Of a stretch of 64,000 nucleotides of DNA, positions 59,152 to 64,000 are shown piece after piece. This stretch comes from Utricularia gibba (Eukaryota > Plantae > Magnoliophyta). The first letter of the stretch is position 1. Every line of letters begins with the position of its first letter. Position numbers and translations under genes: made by a program. The stretch covers positions 3,596,001 to 3,660,000 of the forward strand of contig CM007992.1 of assembly GCA_002189035.1 (NCBI GenBank), written 5' to 3'. Under the pieces are notes generated by a model. That model was not told where the DNA came from, did no database searches, and saw only the letters and a list, made by a program, of their open reading frames with translations.

Positions 59152-60115
59152 ATGGCGGCCGATTCCAGTAATGGGGTGAGATTCCTTTTCCTCTATGTGT
59201 TCCTCATTCTTCCGATTTGGACTGCATTTCGTTTTCTTCCCGCATTCAATGGCTAGATCCGTAGGCTACAGTGTCCGTCATTTGGTGAAAATGAAGTGCT
59301 GTTTCGCTTAGCATTGAGTGCATAAATCCCTGATTCAAGATCATATGCATCCATATCTGAACTGTTCTCTGTCGTCAGACGTGCTATTGCTTGGATCCAA
59401 TTTCATCTGGAGTTATTTCTTCCTTCCTCGTCTCTGATGACCTGTGAACTTTCTCAGTGCCACAGTTTCCATACAGTCATGGTTCTCCCCAAGGGAACCA
59501 CCGGCCTGCAATGTGAACCATCCCGGTTCAACATCGACTTGGTTCCCGAAGTGGTTCCCATCGGAGTGAAGAGTGAAATGTGCCTGAACTCTGAGCCTAC
59601 TCTGTTGACTGGGATCAAAGTGAAGGTGGAGAACTACGTGCCCTGCATCACAGACATCGACAGCGAGATGGGGAATTCAGACCTGAGAAGTGATCACTCA
59701 AAAGTGGTTTGTCGCCTACTCAAAACTCCCCAGCATTTCTTTTCCAGTGTAACACGAACATTTCTTCTCTGCAGCGGGCGGTGCTGAGAGAGCTGTATCT
59801 TCAAATACGGGAGAAGTTCATGGTGCTGGCGAATGACAAAACAGACCTCCATAAGGTCATCTCAAGAGGTAGCCTGAATCCATTTCTCTAACGCGATGTG
59901 ATTGGTTTGCTTGAACCAACAGAAGGATAGTGCTGCAATTTCATACTTTTGTGCTAATGCAGATAAAGTCCATGATATCCCCTGCCATAGATCTAGAAGC
60001 TACAGACGGTCTTCTTCCTTCAACTCAAGGAGAGTCGTTCTCCTTTCATCAGTTCTGTAAGCCGCGCAACACCCCCTCATATACTACTCCAGAACAGCTT
60101 CAGAAAGCACTGTAG
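59152..60115 (+). CDS. Unidentified 4-exon gene (59152-59175, 59458-59703, 59775-59855, 59963-60115), about 167 aa
   Basis: All three introns are phase-0 GT-AG and give an uninterrupted protein MAADSSNG|CHSFHTVMVLP...DHSK|RAVLRELYLQIREKF...|IKSM...LQKAL*. No domain recognised. Confidence 0.8.
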
Positions 60116-60368
60116 GTACAAGAAGGGACACCGCTGATGAATGCATGGTTCCTCTTCAGGTCGATCATGGGGACAATCATTTTGATACATATGACGCTTC
60201 GCTTGAGAAAAACCTGTAACGGATCTGGAAACCTGTGAAGAAAGAGGAAGCTTTCCACATTTTTCATTGATTGTTTCTCTAGCCAATAACTTGATGCTTT
60301 GAAGGGCAATATTGATTTAAAGTGACGCCCAAAAGTAAATATATATAATATAATGCTTTCCATACAAC

Positions 60369-60441
60369 GACTCCGTGGCCCAATGGATAAGGCGCTGGTC
60401 TACGGAACCAGAGATTCTGGGTTCGATCCCCAGCGGAGTCG
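60369..60441 (+). tRNA. trnR(ACG): tRNA-Arg(ACG)
   Basis: Acceptor stem GACTCCG/CGGAGTC; anticodon arm CTGGT-CTACGGA-ACCAG; GTTCGATCC B-box; upstream CAA and TATA-like sequence; TTTT terminator at 60448. Confidence 0.98.
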
Positions 60442-60815
60442 GCTCCATTTTATTACATTTTTACGCATTTTATTTATTTTTCTATTTAAATTGGGAGGAT
60501 AAATCAGATCATCCCTATCTTCTTTTGCGCAAATTAAAATAAAAATTTAATACTAAAAATTAAAGATGAATAACAATCTGCTTTCCATAGTCCGTTACTT
60601 TTTGTTCGTATTTAACACGTTGGGTTATGATGACGACAAAAGCAGCCTAAAAGCTTTTACAAAGTGCATCGATGCGCATTTGATGCCACATTGAAACGGC
60701 GGCGTTTCGTTCCATCACCCTGCTGCTGGCGGACGGATGCCTATATATATATGTGAGCGTGCAGTGTGCTCCCATCCATTTCGGACTCCTCGCAAAACGC
60801 GTAGCTCGATCGGCA

Positions 60816-62203
60816 ATGGCTTCTCTCAGAGTTCCGGCATGCGTTCCCACGGCGGCGGAGGATGCCGAGCATCTCAGGAAAGCTTTCGCCGGTTCGTTTA
60901 ATTTCCCTGCCTGTTTTGCTTCCTTCGTTGCGGATCCGGCGCTCTTACTTGCAACACTGGACTGCATTGAACTTGAAATATCCTTTGTTTTCTAATTTTC
61001 GTTTTCTCTGTTTGATCCGTGTCTTTTCCGTGGGATTAGGGAAAAATTAGATCAGCAATTTCGGTTGTTTGGGCATCCGTTATGGTTTTGATTTGGCTAT
61101 GGTTTTCAGGATTGGGAACAAATGAAGCATCCGTTATCCGCATTCTGGCGCATCGGAACGCAGCGCAGAAGAAGTTGATTCGCGATGCTTATTCTGCTCT
61201 GTATAATGAGGATCTTCTCAAGGAGTTGGAGAAAGAAATCTCCGGTGATTTTGAGGTAATTTCTTGAACCCCATGGAGAGGATGATTTTGAAGGCCTATG
61301 ATTCCCGTGTCTCCTCCATTTTTTACAGCGTGCGATGCTTCTCTGGACCCTTGATCCATCTGAGCGCGACGCTCAATTGGCTAATGAAGCGCTGAAAAAG
61401 AATTCCAGTTCTTCAAACTTCGTTATCATGGAAATTGCTTGCACCAGGCCACCGCATGATCTTGTGAAAGTTAGGCAAGCGTACCATGCTCGCTACAGGA
61501 AATCCCTTGAAGAAGATGTTTACTCTTACACAACTGGAGACCTGAGGAAGGTGAAACCTTCTGAACAAAAAATGCATTCCAATTTACATATATATGCATC
61601 CCATGACCTTTTTGAAACAGCTCTTGGTCCCTCTTGTGAGCACATTCCGGTACGATGGTGATGAGGTTAACAAAACGGTTGCGAAGTCTGAGGCGAAGAT
61701 ACTTCACAATAAGATAACCCACAATGCCTTCGCTGATGAGGAGCTGATCAGGATCATTTCAACAAGGAGCAAAGCTCAACTGAATGCAACCCTCAACCAC
61801 TACAATGATCTATTTGGAAACTGCATCAAGAAGGTAGAAGATAGATATCCATCCCCGGCCCACACAATCTCTCTTACATTCATGACATCCCTTTCTCTTG
61901 TAGGATCTGAAAGCAGATTCGAAACCCGATGGGTACTTAACACTCCTCAGAGCAACCATTAAGTGCTTGACCACTCCAGAAAAATACTATGAGAAAGCTC
62001 TGCGTGGGGCGATGAAGGGTCTGGGAACCGATGAACGGACTCTAACCCGCGTGATCGTTACTCAAGCTGAGTCCAATATGCTGAAGATCAAGGAGGAGTA
62101 TTACAAAAGGAACAGCACTCCCCTGGAGAAAGCTCTCGCCGGCGACACTTCCGGCGATTACCAGAAACTGCTTATTGTCTTGGTGGCACAGCATGATGCT
62201 TGA
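60816..62203 (+). CDS. ANN: Annexin (ANN1/ANN2-like), 5 exons (60816-60891, 61110-61255, 61329-61550, 61621-61833, 61904-62203), 318 aa
   Basis: [58 protein letters not shown]; canonical 76/146/213-nt exons. Confidence 0.97.
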
Positions 62204-62390
62204 ACCATCCCCCTGATTCCATCATTACACATAATTTAACACCATGGGTTCTCGTTTCAAAGCTTACCCATCTGAACTAGACAACCAATTACACCAAATT
62301 CAAAACTTTGCAGTACTGCAGAGAACGTAAAATTACAGTTGATTGATATTTGAAATTGAAGGTTACAAAAAAAGTAAAAAAAAAAAAGAT

Positions 62391-63557
62391 TCAATTTTTT
62401 TTACCATCGTCTTCCCCGCCTTCAAAATAACACTTCCTCCCACGATCAAGTCTCCCCAGAAGGCAAATCAGAACGAAAGACGCGGCGTAGAGCGCGTGAG
62501 CTTTCCAGCTCGTCCTCGGCGGCTGCCGCAGGATGGCTCTGTGGAACACCGTCACGTAATAATGAAGTCCCACTGCAAATCCCACAAAAGTGTACCCCAG
62601 GCTCAGCAACCTCGTCCCCAACCCAGTTTCCGTGGAGAAAACCAGGACCAGGTACATCAGGAGAAGCAGGAGATACAGCACGTAGGACAGCGTCTGCAGC
62701 ACTTGAACGGCGACGTAGGTGGACTGGGCAGACGTGCAGAAGAATCGGAGCGGCTCTAATCCCGTGATTAAGGAGGATAAACAGAGGATTGAGAAGTAAA
62801 TCGCGAGGTAAACCTGGATGAAGATGAGCATCTTCTGCAAGGAAAAATGCGCTTTGATTCGATTGAAGATTAGGGTTACGAGTACGAGGGGGATGAGTAT
62901 GAATGCCAAGGAGACGATCGAAGCGATTGTGGATGCGTATTTGTTGCCGACGTAGGGTTTGAAGCCTTTCGCGAACTGTTTGCTGTATCTGTTGAGGTAT
63001 GATTTTGAGGTTTTCGAAATTCTCTGCAAATCTGGAACTATTGTTTGTTGGAATCTGGCTGGGAGTTCCCTGATCTCTGCAACGAGATCATCGTCTTCAT
63101 CATTTGGTGAGATGGGCTGCTGCTTTTTCTGCACTTTCTTGACACTGGTTTTGAAATTGGTCTTTGCCTCCTCCGATTTGGCCGTCTTGTTCATGGCTGC
63201 TAGATCTGTAGAAGTATCCAGAACTGAAGCTTTTGCAGTTGGTTTGGAGGTGGAGTTGAATTTCTTGAGCTTGGGTTTGAGTAACGGTGTTTCGGGATGG
63301 ATGGTTGTGTTTCTGGGCGGTACGTGGGATTTCAAGATGTTGGTCTGGTTCTTGATGGAACCAAGCCTGTTGCTGCTGGCGATGGTTTTTGTCCGGTCTA
63401 CCTTCTTCTTGATATCCATAGGCTTCTCCTCTTCACCTTCATCAGTCTGCAGCAAATGCCGATTCTGTAAATGGGAAGCAGAGATCACCCCAGAATTGAT
63501 CACAAGGAGAAGCAAGAGCAGTAAACTCCAGGGGCCTTTTGGGAGTGAAGAAGCCAT
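62391..63557 (-). CDS. Plant multi-pass membrane protein with signal peptide and K/S/T-rich ectodomain, intronless, 388 aa
   Basis: Signal peptide; DDDLVAEIRELPARFQQTIVPDL motif; about 6 hydrophobic segments; recalled similarity to At4g39840. Confidence 0.92.
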   Translation of the reverse strand: MASSLPKGPWSLLLLLLLVINSGVISASHLQNRHLLQTDEGEEEKPMDIKKKVDRTKTIASSNRLGSIKNQTNILKSHVPPRNTTIHPETPLLKPKLKKFNSTSKPTAKASVLDTSTDLAAMNKTAKSEEAKTNFKTSVKKVQKKQQPISPNDEDDDLVAEIRELPARFQQTIVPDLQRISKTSKSYLNRYSKQFAKGFKPYVGNKYASTIASIVSLAFILIPLVLVTLIFNRIKAHFSLQKMLIFIQVYLAIYFSILCLSSLITGLEPLRFFCTSAQSTYVAVQVLQTLSYVLYLLLLLMYLVLVFSTETGLGTRLLSLGYTFVGFAVGLHYYVTVFHRAILRQPPRTSWKAHALYAASFVLICLLGRLDRGRKCYFEGGEDDGKKN

Positions 63558-64000
63558 TCGAGCTCTTTATTGAGATCTGAAACAGAGACTGGCCCTGGAA
63601 GTGGAATCAGCAGGGAGAAGAAGAATCACTCAAGTGGAGATTTACAACACGGAGGAGGAAAGGAGTCACTCACTCGGCAACATCAGTGTCCACATAAAGC
63701 AGCAGATGCAGATTCGGATCCAGTCTGAGGTCACATGGTCCAGAGTTTCTCCACTGCACCGCGCAACGCGGTTCCATATTTAATCTCCCTTCTCTCCTGT
63801 AACGAACTACATGCGCCTCTGTCGGTTGCAAACACAACAGCCATCACTGCATAGACCTTGTTATGCTGCCATTAATGCCGAGCTAGCAGCGACACTATGA
63901 AATACAGGGAGAAAGAACCCTCAAAGTATTTTGTACCACTCGTGACGTTACAGTTGGGGGACCTACAACAAAGGCATTTCTTTTTCACTGAACGCCCACT

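Noticed and set aside
60441-60520. tRNA-snoRNA dicistron
   Set aside because: A Pol III terminator follows 7 nt after the tRNA and there are no C/D boxes.
63758-63772. ACCGCG-CAA-CGCGGT hairpin resembling a Helitron 3' end
   Set aside because: No CTRR terminus downstream and no 5' TC end identified.

Overview
Nuclear DNA from a flowering plant (eudicot), not a prokaryote: spliced GT-AG genes, plant-specific families and MITEs; no CRISPR, operons or rRNA. About 22 protein-coding genes are supportable (roughly one per 2.9 kb). In order: ERF1-like AP2 factor, PCS1-like aspartic protease, P-class PPR, a conserved unknown protein, Nudix hydrolase, BAP31-like protein, LRR-III pseudokinase, R2R3-MYB, GH17 glucanase, BOU mitochondrial carrier, SKIP34, Ecdysoneless, bHLH131-like factor, 14-3-3, cyclin D, two tandem group Ia bHLHs, histone H3.3, a coiled-coil protein, an unidentified 4-exon gene, annexin and a multi-pass membrane protein. 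There is also one tRNA-Arg(ACG). Introns are often only 54-75 nt and intergenic gaps short, which suggests a compact genome (Lentibulariaceae-like is a guess only). The strongest observations are a near-perfect 255-bp nested foldback element just upstream of the ERF gene, single-base frameshifts in BOU and in the first tandem bHLH (real lesions or homopolymer assembly errors), intron sequence conserved between the bHLH paralogues, a 205-bp head-to-head SKIP34/ECD junction, and several unexplained GC-rich loci. Nothing here is, on sequence alone, a demonstrably new biological system. Family names come from recalled motifs, not from database searches.
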